Source: Malacoraja senta
Lineage: Eukaryota
Length of the DNA stretch: 64,000 bases
Assembly (NCBI GenBank): GCA_038087875.1
Contig: CM075988.1
Coordinates: 6,946,001 to 7,010,000, forward strand
Direction: 5' to 3'
A program made the translations under genes and the position numbers. Below, one piece after another: positions 39,253 through 52,269 of the stretch. A model generated the notes under the pieces. It worked only from the letters and a program-made list of their open reading frames with translations, was not told the DNA's origin and did not search any database. Position 1 is the stretch's first letter. Each line of letters starts with the position of its first letter.

Positions 39253-41234
39253 GCGTCGATCTCTACAAAGCTGAGGCCACGCGCCAACTCTCGGACACCT
39301 CCTCCTACTTACCCCTGGACCATGACCCCACTGACGAGCACCAGGCCACCATCTCCAGCACCATCACCGACTTCATCCACTCCCACGCCCTGCCCGACCG
39401 AGCCTCCAACCTCATCGTTTCCCAGCCCCGCACAGCCCGCTTTTACCTTCTCCCCAAAATCCACAAACCTGACTGTCCCGATAGACCCATTGTCTCTGCC
39501 TGTTCGTGCCCCACCGAACTCATCTCCACCTACCTCGACTCCATCCTATCCCCCTTGGTTAAATCCCTCCCTACCTATGTTCAAAACACCTCAGACACTC
39601 TCCGTCATCTCCGCGCATTCCACTCTCTAGGCCCTCACCCCCTCATCTTCACCATGGACGTCCAGTCATTGTACACCTCCATCCCCCACCAGGATGGTCT
39701 CGAAGCCCTCTGTTTTTTCCTCGACCGTAGAAGCAATCTATACCCGGCCACTGACACCCTCCTCCGCCTAGCGGAGCTGGTCCTTACACTTAATAACTTT
39801 TCATTTGACTCCTCCCATTTCCTCCAAATACAAGGCGTAGCTATGGGCACACGCATGGGCCCCAGCTACGCCTGCCTCTTTGTCGGGTACGTAGAACAAT
39901 CCTTGTTCAATGCGTACCAGGGCCCCATCCCCGACCTCTACCTCCGCTACATCGATGATTGTTTTGGTGCCACATCCTGCACCCACACACAACTGACTGA
40001 CTTCATCCGCTTCACCACCAACTTCCATCCGGCACTCAAATACACCTGGACCATTTCTGACACTTCCCTACCATTCCTTGACCTCACTATCTCCATCGCA
40101 GGTGATAGACTCCTTACCGACATCCACTACAAACCTACCGACTCCCATGGCTATCTGGACTACACTTCTTCCCACCCTGCTTCCTGTAAGGACTCCATCC
40201 CCCACTCCCAATTCCTCCGTCTACGCCGCATCTGCTCCCAGGATGAGGCGTTCCACACCAGGGCATCTGAAATGTCCTCATTCTTCAGGGAACGGGGGTT
40301 CCCCTCCTCCACCATAGATGAGGCTCGCGCCAGGCTCTCTCTCCCCATCCCCCCACTCACAACAAGGGCAGAGTCCCCCTAGTCCTCACCTTTCACCCCA
40401 CCAGCCGTCACATACAACAAGTGATCCTCCGTCAGTTTCGCCACCTCCAACGTGACCCCACCACTCGCCACATCTTCCCATCTCCCCCCATGTCTGCCTT
40501 CCGCAAAGACCGCTCCCTCCGTAACTCCCTTGTCAATTCTTCCCTTCCCTCCCATACCACCCCCTCCCCTGGTACTTTCCCTTGCAACCGCAAGAGATGC
40601 AACACTTGTCCCTTCACCTCCCCCCTCTACTCCATTCAAGGACCCAAGCAGTCGTTCCAGGTGCGACAGAGGTTCACCTGCATCTCCTCCAACCTCATCT
40701 ATTGCATTCGCTGCTCTAGATGCCAGCTGATCTACATCGGTGAGACCAAGCGGAGGCTTGGCGATCGTTTCGCCGAATACCTCCGGTCGGTCCGCAATAA
40801 CCAACCTGAACTCCCGGTGGCTCAGCACTTCAACTCCCCCTCCCATTCCGTATCTGACCTCTCTGTCCTGGGTCTCCTCCATGGCCACAGCGAGCAACAC
40901 CGTAAATTGGAGGAAATGCACCTCATATTCCGCTTGGGCAGTCTACATCCTGGGGGCTTGAACATTGAATTCTCCCAATTCTGCTAGCCCTTGCTGTCCC
41001 CTCCCCTTCATCAGCCATCTGGTTGTCTCCTCCCCTCCCCCAGCCCTCGGGCTCCTCCTCCGCCTTTTTCCTTTTTTCCTTTCTTCTCCCCACCCCCTAT
41101 CAGTCTGAAGAAGGGTTTCGGCCCGAAACGTTACCTATTTCCTTCGCTCCATAGATGCTGCTGCACCCGCTGAGTTTCTCCAGCATTTTTGTGTACCTTC
41201 GATTTTCCAGCATCTGCAGTTCCTTCTTTAACAC
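39253..41234 (+). mobile_element. 5'-truncated Penelope-like retroelement (RT + Cys-rich linker + GIY-YIG endonuclease, Neptune-like), frameshifted
   Basis: RT motifs FTMDVQSLYTSIP, QGVAMGTRMGPSYA, YLRYIDD; linker CNRKRCNTC; endonuclease NLIYCIRC..IYIGETKRRLGDRF; 19-bp TSD CCTCTCTGTGCCAGTTGCC at 39216-39234 and 41235-41253. Confidence 0.93.
41102..41135 (+). ncRNA. Minimal hammerhead-ribozyme-like motif in the Penelope 3' terminal repeat
   Basis: CTGAAGA (41105-11), extra A, stem II GGG..CCC, GAAAC, palindromic ACGT, NUH site. Confidence 0.65.
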
Positions 41235-42118
41235 CCTCTCTGTGCCAGTTGCCCATAACCCTCAATTTTTCGATCTTTCAAATAGTTCTCTGTCTCCACT
41301 TTAAATATTTCTAAAGATTCTGCCTCCACAATCGTCCAGGACAGAAAATTCCAAAGATTTACTACCTTGTGAGAGAAAACTTTTTTTGCAACTTAATTTT
41401 AAATGACTGGCCCATTATCTTATAAGTATCTCCCTCTATTGAGAACATCTCAATGTCTACCTGTCAAGCCTCCTTGGATTCTTCTAAGGTCACCGCTCAT
41501 TCTTCGAAATTCTTGAGGAATACAGGTGCAAACTGTCTATCCTCTATGTAGTTTTGTTACAGGTTTGGGTTATTGTCACGTGTAAAGGAAAGTAATGTAC
41601 AACATTTAGTTCAAGATAAAGTCCAATTAAGTTTGATTAAAAATAGTTGAAAGGTCTCCAATGAGGTAGACGGGAGGGCAGGAATGCACTCTAGCTGGCA
41701 AGAGGACCGTTCAGTTGACTGATCACAGCTGGGTCGAAATTATCCCTGAATCTGGAGGTATGCATTTCCAAACTGAGCCTCTTGCTTTTAAGGGAAGAGG
41801 GGAGAAGAGGGAGTACCTGGGGTGAGACGTCTTTGATTATGCCGGTGGCCTAACCGAGGCACTGTGTATTGAAAATGTCACACCTCCAATGTAAAATCAA
41901 TCCCTAATTCTCTACACATTACACCTAAAACCTTAGCATCAACAACCCCGAAAGGCTGATTCCAATACACGTCCAAAAGAGGTAAAATCTCTGTACAACT
42001 GAGATTTGGATCATCAACTTCACATAAAAGTAACACAGGCCAAATCTTGCTGTTTCCCAAAGACTGCCAAAAAACTCAGGCTAGCCCTTTAATAGATGAT
42101 TTTGAAGTTGCTCTGATA

Positions 42119-42706
42119 AAGTCAAGTCAAGTCACATTTATTTATATAGCACATTTAAAAAACAACTCTCGTTGGCCAAAGTGCTTTACATTTGTTATAA
42201 GAATAGCACAACAAAACAAACTACATACATATATACATGTAGCCCTCACTCAGAGGACGTCAGGAAAGGCTTGGGAGTATAGATAAGTCTTTAGTCTTGA
42301 CTTAAAAGAGTCGATGGAGGGAGCAGTTCTGATGGGAAAGGGGATGCTGTTCCACAGTCTAGGGGCTGCAACCGCAAAGGCGCGGTCGCCCCTGAGCTTA
42401 TGCCTAGACCGTGGGATATTCAGCAACCCCAAGTCGGCCGATCAGAGGGGCCTGGAGGTGGAGTGGTGGGTGAGAAGACTTTTTATGTAGGTGGGGGCAA
42501 GCCCATTGAGGGCTTTGTAGACATGGAGGAGGATCTTGAAGTTTATATGGAACTGCACAGGGAGCCAGTGGAGAGAGGCCAGGATCGGGGTGATGTGGTC
42601 CCTTTTTCGGGTGCCCGTCAGGAGTCTCGCTGCGGCGTTTTGGACCAGTTGCAGGTGGGACAGGGAAGATTGGCTGATGCCAGTGTAAAGGGAGTTACAG
42701 TAATTT
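42119..42706 (-). mobile_element. L2-clade LINE 3' fragment
   Basis: YCNSLY, LQLVQNAAARLL, HITPILASLHWLPV, RAFAVAAPRLWNS; tail GTAAAGCACTTTG...ATAAATAAA(TGACT)n. Confidence 0.92.
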
Positions 42707-45428
42707 GACAATCAAACTGCACACAGCAAGAAAGCACTGAAACATGATCAAATAAATTGTTGTTAGTGGAGCTAGCTGAAAAATAAATAACAGCCAAGAC
42801 AGCAAGGAAAACTGTGCATTTCTCCAAATTCAGGGCTTTCAACATCTGTGAAATCTGTGAGGTCCTGTCATGACCACTGAGCAGAACTTTGTATTGTAAT
42901 GTTAAATCTCTCTAGCTTGGCTGCCTTAATGTTTTGTCAGTAGCATAACTCCTTGGCAAAGCTCTCAACCCAACACTGAGCAGTCCACTGAGCTGCCTTT
43001 ATGTTCCTTGTTCTGGTCATCTGTCTCATTCTAATTCTAATTAGTTTGGCTGCAACAATTTAAATCCTGCTGGTAGACGATTTAAGTAGCTCCCCAACTT
43101 TGCCTCTCATTAAAAAATACATATTAACATTTTGGCCTTGCTTATTGAATATTAAATATAATCAGTTTTGTTATAAATGTAAAATTATCTATTGATTGAC
43201 AAACCTTTATATATTCAGACAAGATTGGTATGAACGTGAATAGCTTAGTTCACGTTCTGCGAGACAAGGCAAGGCAAAAGATGGCCATAGCTGGAAAACA
43301 GTAGGCGTTTGGGGATTCTCACTTCATCTGACTTTTGTAACTTACATTCTTTTTATTTTTACACCTCCTCATAATCTTCTAGACCACCGTGTGGTCTTTA
43401 CTCTTCCCAGCTGAAAATAGCCAATCCTTCCCGGCTGACCATGGTATTGCCACTGTAGAAACAAGGAACTGTAGATGCTGGCTTAGATAAAAGGACACAA
43501 AGTGCTGGAGTAACTCAGCAGGTCAGGCAGCATCACTGGAGAACATGGATAGGTGATGTTTCGGGTCAGGGCCCTTCTTCATACTGATTGTGGGGGGTAT
43601 CAATCTTAAGAAGGGTCCGATTTGAAACGTCACCTAAACATGTTCTCCAGAGATGCTGCTTGAAATGCTGAGTTACTCCTGCATGTGTCCTAATGGCATT
43701 AGCAAAGTTTGGCCCTTCCTCATACCTCTTGATGCCTTGTCTTCCGTATAAGTATCCTTGTGATATTCTCATCAAGAAATAAGATCAATTTTCTGATTTC
43801 TTACATTTGTGTATATTGCTCTATGACAATCACAATGAGGTCAGTGTTCAAAATAATTAACCCAACTTTCTTTGAGGTCCCTGCACCAAACATCTTGAGG
43901 GGTTTATCTGCCCTATGTGTCTTGATTGCATCCTGCTTTGTAGCTGATGTGCCATAAATGGAGCAAAAGAGCATCCAGAGTAAGATGCAATATTATATCT
44001 CTTTCATTCTAATAATTTCTTCACACCTCAGATTCAGGATAGTCGAAGAGTGAATGATTAACGGTACAAGAGTATTATAGTCCATCGAACATTTCTGGAG
44101 CAGGTTTGTTTGAAACTAGCAACCTTACATCAACATACCAAGAGCCTTAGATCACACAAAATAATAAATGAAAGAGTTGAATTTAAACAGTGCCTTTCAT
44201 TATCTTGCAAAGTTGTAAAGTAGTTTAAAATCATCGCATTATGTTTGAACAGAAGCCACTGTTAGAACCATAGCCCAGCCCACAAACAGAAATGTGATCA
44301 TTAGCATACAATTATTAATTTTAGTCATTTTAATTGGAGATAAACATTGGCCAGAAAACCAGTAGAATCCACTGCACTTCATCAAAAAAGTGCCAAATGG
44401 ATTTTCATTCTACTCTTGAACAGGCAGAAGAGTTTTGTTTAATATCAATTCCAAATGGCAGCACTTATTTGGTAGTGCAGCATTTCTTTAACACTAAAGT
44501 GTTGCATCAGCTAAAATGTTGTACATTTATTTTTGACAGAAGGCAATGGATAATATTGTGCAGTGTGTTTGGGGGTGGTTAGTGTGAGTTTGGGGGGTGG
44601 TTAGTGTGAGTGTGATGCCGCAGCCCCCCCCCCCCCCCGCAAACACGCGTTGGGAAAACAGCCCGCCAACAGTCCCTCTGTCTTTAAGACGGAACTGCAG
44701 ATGCTGGAAAATCAAAGGTACACAAGAAAACTGAGGTATTAATCTCCATTTATTTTATCTCACCAATTGTACAGGGATCAACAACATCATTTAAGAGGAC
44801 TGTATGGCTCCTTTTAAATCAGCTCCAAGAATGGACTGATTTACTATGTTTCGTTTCTGTGAAGAAATTCTCATTGTCTTTGTTTCTCAGATTATATGTA
44901 ATGATAAAGATTAAAAATATTGTCACTTTTCTCAGTTTGAAAACAGCAAAGTTTATCCAAGTTGCCTTACAAAAATGGGAATTGTCACCAAGTTTGGAAA
45001 TTCTTAAATCTGTCTAAATGTTTTTAGATTATACATATTTTGCAAGCATAATCGGTGCTAATGGAAGTCCTTCAAATCAGCTTTCACTCTTGACAACAGC
45101 AGAAAATGAATTTTCAATAGATGTTGTTATATTTTGCAGATCAAAGACACAAATTGATTTATGAGTAGCAAAATGTGTAATTTCATAAGTGATTTAGTGC
45201 TACAATGTGGTAAGAGATACTGATCATGCTATTCTCTAATGCAATATTAATGCTTATTTTATCTATGTGTTCCACAGATAATTTTACATATATTTGCCAT
45301 ATATTGCCTTACAACATAGAAGGCCACTGAGCAGGCCATGCCAGCTCTCAGCAATCCTGTTCCCTACTTATTATCCTGCAACTGGGCCGCACAGTGGTAC
45401 AACTGCTGGAGCTGCTGCTGCTGCTAGG

Positions 45429-45574
45429 CTTCTCCGTGGATTGTCACCTTGTCGTGGTGGAGAAGCTTGTGTGGTCCTGAGATCCTGAGAGCAATGCCGT
45501 CTGGAGCTATGCTCCTGGTAGGGTCACCCATGGCGGTAAGGTCGAGAGGGAGGTCTCTGACAAAGAGCAATCCA
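45429..45574 (+). ncRNA. HDV-like self-cleaving ribozyme fold
   Basis: P1 CTTCTCC/GGAGAAG, P3 ACC/GGT around L3 TTGTCGT, P2 TGGATTG/CAATCCA, J4/2 C-AAA (C45561), large P4 insertion. Confidence 0.72.
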
Positions 45575-45827
45575 ACCAAGACCTCAACGGTGGAACAGGC
45601 GGAGGATGATGGCTGACTTTAGTGGAGCGTCACAACGGCTGGGAAGGCGAATGAAGGCTGCAGCAGAAAAGGGTCCCCGGTCGTCTTGGATTCCATGCCA
45701 CTGGATTCTGACCCAGATCTGTCAAGGACCGTGTGGTGTCCCCACGTTAAACAAAGTCACGCACAGGCGTCCTCCATGAGAGGACAGTCATACTCGTTTC
45801 GAGTGACCGCCGATGATGATGATGATG
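45429..45827 (+). mobile_element. Non-coding RTE-derived short element (RTE 5' UTR + RTE 3' tail, (GAT)n end) nested in a V-SINE
   Basis: RTE-type 5' motifs CACCTTGTCGTGGTGG and GGTAGGGTCACCCATGGC; 3' CTCG..CGAG stem followed by (GAT)n. The host SINE A box lies upstream (~45390) and its B box downstream (~45833). Confidence 0.78.
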
Positions 45828-46088
45828 ACCTGGGTTCAATCCTGACCTCGGGTGTTGTTTGTGTGGAGTTTGTATGTTCTCGCTGGGACTGCAGATTTCC
45901 TCCGGGGTGCTCCAGTTTCCTCCCATATCCCAAAGATGTGCAAATTTGTAGGTTAATTAGCCTGTGTGAATTGCCTCCTTTGTATGCAGGGAGTGGATGC
46001 AAAAGTGGGATAACATTGAACTAGATTGAAAGTGGTCAGCATGGACTAGGTGAGGCGAAAGACCTGTTTCTATGCTGCATCTCTAAAA

Positions 46089-46090
<2 letters not shown>

Positions 46091-46129
<39 letters not shown>

Positions 46130-46199
46130 CATCTCCCCCTCTCCCCCTCTTCCCCTCTCCCCTCTCTCTCTCTCTCACTCTCACTCTCACTCTCACTCC

Positions 46200-46254
<55 letters not shown>

Positions 46255-46272
46255 TCTCACTCTCTCTCTCTC
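46091..46272. repeat. Compound (CT)n/(CTCTCA)n microsatellite
   Basis: Directly visible; sits at the tail of the V-SINE. Confidence 0.97.
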
Positions 46273-49200
46273 ATATGTTAGGCATAATTTACATAGCAGA
46301 TATGTGAACTGGCCTGTCTTTGGGATATGGGAGAAAACAGAGCACCTTGGGGAAACCCATGCAGCTCCTTTCATTGTGAAGTTAAGCTCACCCAGAAAAT
46401 TGATATGAAAGGAATTCTCTTTAAACTTAATTAAATGATTACATTATTTTGCTCCCCCACAAATAAACTTGCTTCTGGATAACCCAGTGAAAAAAGCTAA
46501 ATGTTAATGTTAATTCGCTAGAAAATGATCTCATGGGGAAATAATAACCATGGATCCTTCCTGTTCACAATATCTATGAACAATATATATTCATAATTGC
46601 ACCGTCTTCCTGATACCAACTGAAAAGAGACTGATCACTTTCAAATTGATATGAACTTTTTGTAAGGATGTAATATTTTTATATGTTGCATTATAAATAC
46701 TAAAAGAAGTAACATTAAATATTTACATTCCATTAAAAGAAACCCAGTTGAAAAATAGAAGAGGATTTGGAAGTGAACTTAGGTGATACTCAGAAAATAT
46801 TTAATCTGAGTGCAGGTTATCAACATGGTAAGCAAAATATGCATATGGACATCATTAGATCATAAATTGAAATAGATTGCACTGATTGTGCAGATTAAAA
46901 ATGAGTATGGTGAAGTTTTGATCCTCATATCTCAAAAATACTATTTGATTTCAAATAAGATTGGTCAAAGCAAAATTAAGGGTCCCGACCCGAAACATCT
47001 TCCATCCTTTTTCTCCAGAGATGCTGCCTGACCCGCTGAGTTTTAAGGGATAGATTCTTGATTAATATGAGTTTCAGGGGTGATGGGGAGAAGGCAGGAA
47101 AATGGGGTTAGGAGGGAGAGATAGATCAGTCATGATCGAATGGTGGAGCAGACTTGATAGGCCGAATGACCTAATTCTGCTCCTATCACTTATGACCTTA
47201 TGAGTTACTCCAGCACTTTTTGTTAATATTAGGTTTTATAGGTTCAGCGAAAAATATAAGATTAAAGCACCACATCTTTAAAATACCACAGGTATGGATG
47301 AAGCTGAATTGAGCAAATACTTATTTCAGATGGGGAATAAAAGGCCCAGTTTGGAAGTCCATAGATTCTAAGCAAGGTGAGAGCTTTAAAAGATCTTGCT
47401 TTCCCCAGAAAATTGTATTAATTTAGAGCCAATTGACAGGGGATGTAGGTTGACTTTATTTCAACAGAGGCTAAAGGTTAAATATTAGCAGAAATGTTTG
47501 TTTTTTTAACCCAAAAGAGACAACAAAAAGAATCAAAGCTCTCATTTTAATTTGGAATAAAACTTTGGTGCAGGATTATCAGACTGTCTCTGATTCACTT
47601 TCATGAGAACCAGATCATTTTATTTGATGACCTATGTTGCAACAACAGTAAAACATATGTGATTGACAATTCCAACAAAGCAAAACATTCTGAGGACCTT
47701 CACAGGAGCATTATAAAACGCAACTCGACACAGAGGCATGTAAAGAGATATTGGGATGTTGACCAGGTAGGTCCATTTTAAGGAACATGTTAAAGGACAA
47801 AAGCGAGATGGGGTAGCAGAATGGGAAAATGTCGGCGAGGTTTTGAGAGGCAAATTCCAGACACTGATGAACAACTTAATTAAGAGGTGATCAAGAAATC
47901 AGAACAGGAGAAGTGTTTGCATCTCAGAGAGATGGTGGAGCTAGTGATTACTGAGATAGAGGAGAACAAATTAATTAAAGGAACTGAAAACTAATGAAAT
48001 TTTTAAAATATAGGCATTGCTTAATCATGGTTCAGTGTAGGTTAATAAACATTGTGATGAATGATTGGAATTTGATGGAAGGCGGCCACAGGCATGAGAA
48101 TATTGTATGACCAGTTTTTAGACTGAAGTAGTGAGGTGAGACTTGCGATAAACAAGTTTAGAGGGTTTCAGCAGGAGAAGAGCTGGGATGAGGTAGTCTG
48201 AATACAGAAGTGTAAATAACATGGTCAAAGAGTGAACTATAGCGGGGGTGGAGATCAACATATAGCAAACTAAGCTGAATGAACTGAGACCACCACCACA
48301 CACTATGTAACCTTGGCAGCATAGGCAGTATATTGAAATTGGATGGGGTAAAGCAAACATTATTGGAGAGTTACAATGGGAGTTGGGAGGGGAGGGCTCT
48401 ACTTTCTTTGCAAATCTTGGCCTACCCATCATAAAGTTGATAGTGCATGGATTACAAATTATGTTTGTCAAGCACTCCATTATAAAGATGCAGTAATGGT
48501 GAAGAATAGGTGACGTTTCGGGTCTGAAAAAAAGTTCCCACCCAAAACGTCATCTTTTTTTCCCCTCCAAAGATGCTGCCTAATTCGCTGAGTTACACCA
48601 GCATTTTGTGTCTGTCTGCAGTAATGGAGATCCCAGATGACATGGCTGGATGTAGTGGTAATGGCAATTTCATCTTTGCATTAAAATGTTGCCCCGCACG
48701 ACTCTTTTAAACTTTGCCTCTCTCACATTAAAGCTATGCCATTTGGTCGTTAATATTTCTACCCTGGGAAAAAGGTTCTGACTGTCTACCCTATCTATTT
48801 CTCTCATGATGGTATATGCTTCCATCAGCCTCCAACGATTCAGAGAAAAGAATTTGTGTATTTTACCTCTCCTTATAGCTAATATCCTCTAATCCAGGAA
48901 GCATTCTGGTAAACCTCTTCTGCACCCTCTCCAAAGCCTCCACATCCTTTCTGCAATGGGGCAACCAGAACTGGATGCAATATTTCAAATGTCCGATGAA
49001 ACTGCATCATAACTACCTGACTCTAAAGCTCAATTTTTTGACCGATGACGGTAAGTATACCATGGACAGCAAGTAAAAAGGACAGAATGAACCGACATGG
49101 CCTTCTCATAGTAAGATGGGTTATGAGATTTCACTCTCCTGTGACAGCTAATTAAAAACAGGGGATCCTACACTCAAATCTCACGTGTTCAATTATCATC

Positions 49201-49604
49201 CTCTGTTCTCATTTAAGTCTCCTGTGTAAGTATTTTTCCCTTTTAAGCTTGTGTAAAGAACTAATATACTAAATTTAACAGCATTGCCCTATAACCATCT
49301 CCTTAAAAACATTTGTCATCATGTTGTCTGACCATTGAGTTCAACGATATCAGTTAGTCAATAAAATACACTATTGTCTTCATAATTATCCTTGTGCCCT
49401 CGCTGAATAAAATTACAAGTTTCTGATAATCTACACTTAATTGGAAGATCTTTAAATTCTAAACGTGCTCTTAGAAAGTTGATTCAGACAGATCTAAATT
49501 TATTTCACCTTGTACCATCGAGGCAGCTTTCACCGAGGCTCAAGTTTGTGCACACCTACTTCTCATTGTAATGAGAATGTGCAAACCAATGCCAATGTTA
49601 ATTT

Positions 49605-49792
49605 AGACAAAAATGCTGGAGAAACTCAGCGGGTGAGGCAGCATCTATGGAGTGAAGGAAATGGGCAACGTTTCGGGCCGAAACGTTGCCTATTTCCTTC
49701 GCTCCATAGATGCTGCCTCACCCGCTGAGTTTCTCCAGCATTTTTGTCTACCTTCGATTTTCCAGCATCTGCAGTTCCTTCTTAAACATTAA
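49605..49792. mobile_element. Palindromic Penelope-terminus insertion with 14-bp TSD
   Basis: Near-perfect ~145-bp palindrome centred on TTTCGGGCCGAAA; TSD GCCAATGTTAATTT at 49591-49604 and 49793-49806. Confidence 0.88.
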
Positions 49793-51839
49793 GCCAATGT
49801 TAATTTGTAGTTTTAAAACCCTGAAGATATTGGCTGCAAAATTGTCAACTCAATTCTATTTGCATTTATATTTCCTATGATTTGGCTTATTTTGATTTAG
49901 CCATGCCTAAAGCTTGCTGTCTCAATGGTATCTATGCACTAAATTAGAATATGAAAATCTGCTCTTTTCTGTAAATTAAGGTCTAAGCAAATTAATTGGT
50001 ATATGGACATGATTTTGCATGTTGCTTCTGGATTACACCTTCTATATACCTAAGTTGTAGACAAATATAAAATAATTAATAATTCTAGTGTACAACAATT
50101 GTAAAATGAAGACGAGAGAAAAGCTACAAATATCAAATATGAACCTGGTAGACCCTTGGGGACACAGCGTTTTTTTTTCAATTTAAGGCAAATTCCATCT
50201 ACTTGCTTGAATAATCCTAAGAATTTCAGGCACTTTGAAAATTGGCAAGGTCATTTGACACTGTGAGAATGGAATTAAAATTGCTCCATCCCTTTTTGGG
50301 AGTAACTTGTCTTGGTGCTAGCATTATTCAGGTGCTGGAATATTTCTTGCAGTTGGACTCACCACCAGTCTTTCACTGAAGTCTTGTGTCAGGAAGAGAA
50401 TACAACAGGTAGTCTTGCACTCTTTCTAGGATTAGTGATAGAGAGTTAATTTTACCTTCCTTATTATTAAATCTCGCTGACAAACAGCCAAGATATTTAT
50501 CATCATTCAATATTAGAGTTGAATGCAGCTCATGGTGAAAAAATAATCAGTCAAAATAGGGTTGGCAGAAGCTTGTGTGGAACTTAAGTATTGGCATTAA
50601 CCAGTTGAGTTAAATGGACCGTTTTGTGCTTTAAATGTATGTATTTAACAAATGTATCTGAAGTTCATCAAAACATTGAGCAGAGAAAGATCAGCTTATC
50701 CATCAAGCCCATGGTTCATATTTTCCGAAAGAGAGGTTGCACAACGAACACCTTGAGCCCACAGAGGATTGCAGTTAATGAAGTACTTTCCAAATGCAGT
50801 TTTTGAGGTAAGATAGGAAACACAGATGCCAATTTGCACATAGCAGCCTTCCATTAACTGTGAAAATGATTCATTAACCATGTTCTGGTGTTGATTGAGG
50901 AATAACTAATGATTAGAACACTCGGAACAACCTTGTTCTTCAGATAAATAGTGTCATCTTACATCCTTGTGAGAAAGCAGGCAAATACTTGGTTTATTTA
51001 AATTCCTACCCATAACATGGTAGCACAGTGGTTAGTGCTACTGTCACAGAGGGAATTGGGTTCAGTCCTGACCTGAGATGCTGTATATGTGGAGTTTGCA
51101 CATTTCTTGTGACCACATAGGTTTCCATTGGCTGCTTTGGTTTCCTCTCACATCCCAAATATGCACTGGTTGGTTAAGTGGCTACCTAAATGTTTTCTGC
51201 TGTAGGTAAACATAGAACATAGAACAGTACAGCACATGAACAGGCCCTTCGGCCCATAATATTTGTGCTGAACATGATGCCAAGTTAAACTGATCTCATC
51301 AGGCTTTACATGATCCACATCCCTCTATTCCCTTCACTTCCATGTCCTTATTAAATGCCTCTTAAATGTCACTATGAAATCTGCCTCCACCACCATGCTT
51401 GGCAGTGCATTCCAGGCCCTCATCAATCACACTTTTGTGTAAAAAATAACTTGCCCCACATATCGCCATTAAACTTTTTCCCTCTCACCTTATAGCTATG
51501 CTCTCTAATGTTGGATATTTCCACCCGGGAAAAAGGTTCTGACTATCTACCCTATATATATATGCCTCTCATAATTTTATACACTTCTATCAACTCTCCA
51601 CTCAGTCTCGAACGTTCCATAAAAAATAATCCATGTATATCCAACCTCTCACTGTAAATAGCAAAATAATTAAAGAGTTGATGGGCTTGTCAGATAATAA
51701 GTTCTAGGGTACAGAGAAGTAAGGACCCGGAATGGAACTGGAGACCTAAATGGGCATAATAAGTCAGTGGATTTTTTTTTCTTCTCATCAATATTCAGAA
51801 TTTTAATTACAAGGGAAGGTGCAGATTCCAGTCATCCTA

Positions 51840-52268
51840 GAAACATAGAAACATAGAAAATAGGTGCAGGAGTAGGCCATTCGGCCCTTCGAGCCTGCAC
51901 CGCCATTCAATATGATCATGGCTGATCATCCAACTCAGTATCCTGTACCTGCCTTCTCTCCATACCCCCTGATCCCTTTAGCCACAAGGGCCACATCTAA
52001 CTCCCTCTTAAATATAGCCAATGAACTGGCCTCAACTACCTTCTGTGGCAGAGAATTCCACAGATTCACCACTCTCTGAGTGAAAAATGTTTTTCTCATC
52101 TCGGTCCTAAAAGACTTCCCCCTTATCCTTAAACTGTGACCCTTTGTTCTGGACTTCCCCAACATCGGGAACAATCTTCCTGCATCTAGCCTGTCCAACC
52201 CCTTAAGAATTTTGTAAGTTTCTATAAGATCCCCCCTCAATCTTCTAAATTCTAGCGAGTACAAGCCG
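51840..52268 (-). mobile_element. CR1-clade LINE 3' fragment, near-identical to 13242-13712
   Basis: Same peptide and 3' UTR with few substitutions. Confidence 0.92.
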
Positions 52269-52269
52269 A

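Noticed and set aside
40379..40921. 180-aa antisense ORF over the Penelope endonuclease, and similar antisense ORFs over the Rex element
   Set aside because: Expected by-product of C-rich codon usage on the sense strand; no recognisable motifs.
46036..46374. Low-complexity ORFs (ES and SH repeats), also the Lys-rich ORF 37443-37640
   Set aside because: Translations of microsatellite and poly-purine tracts.
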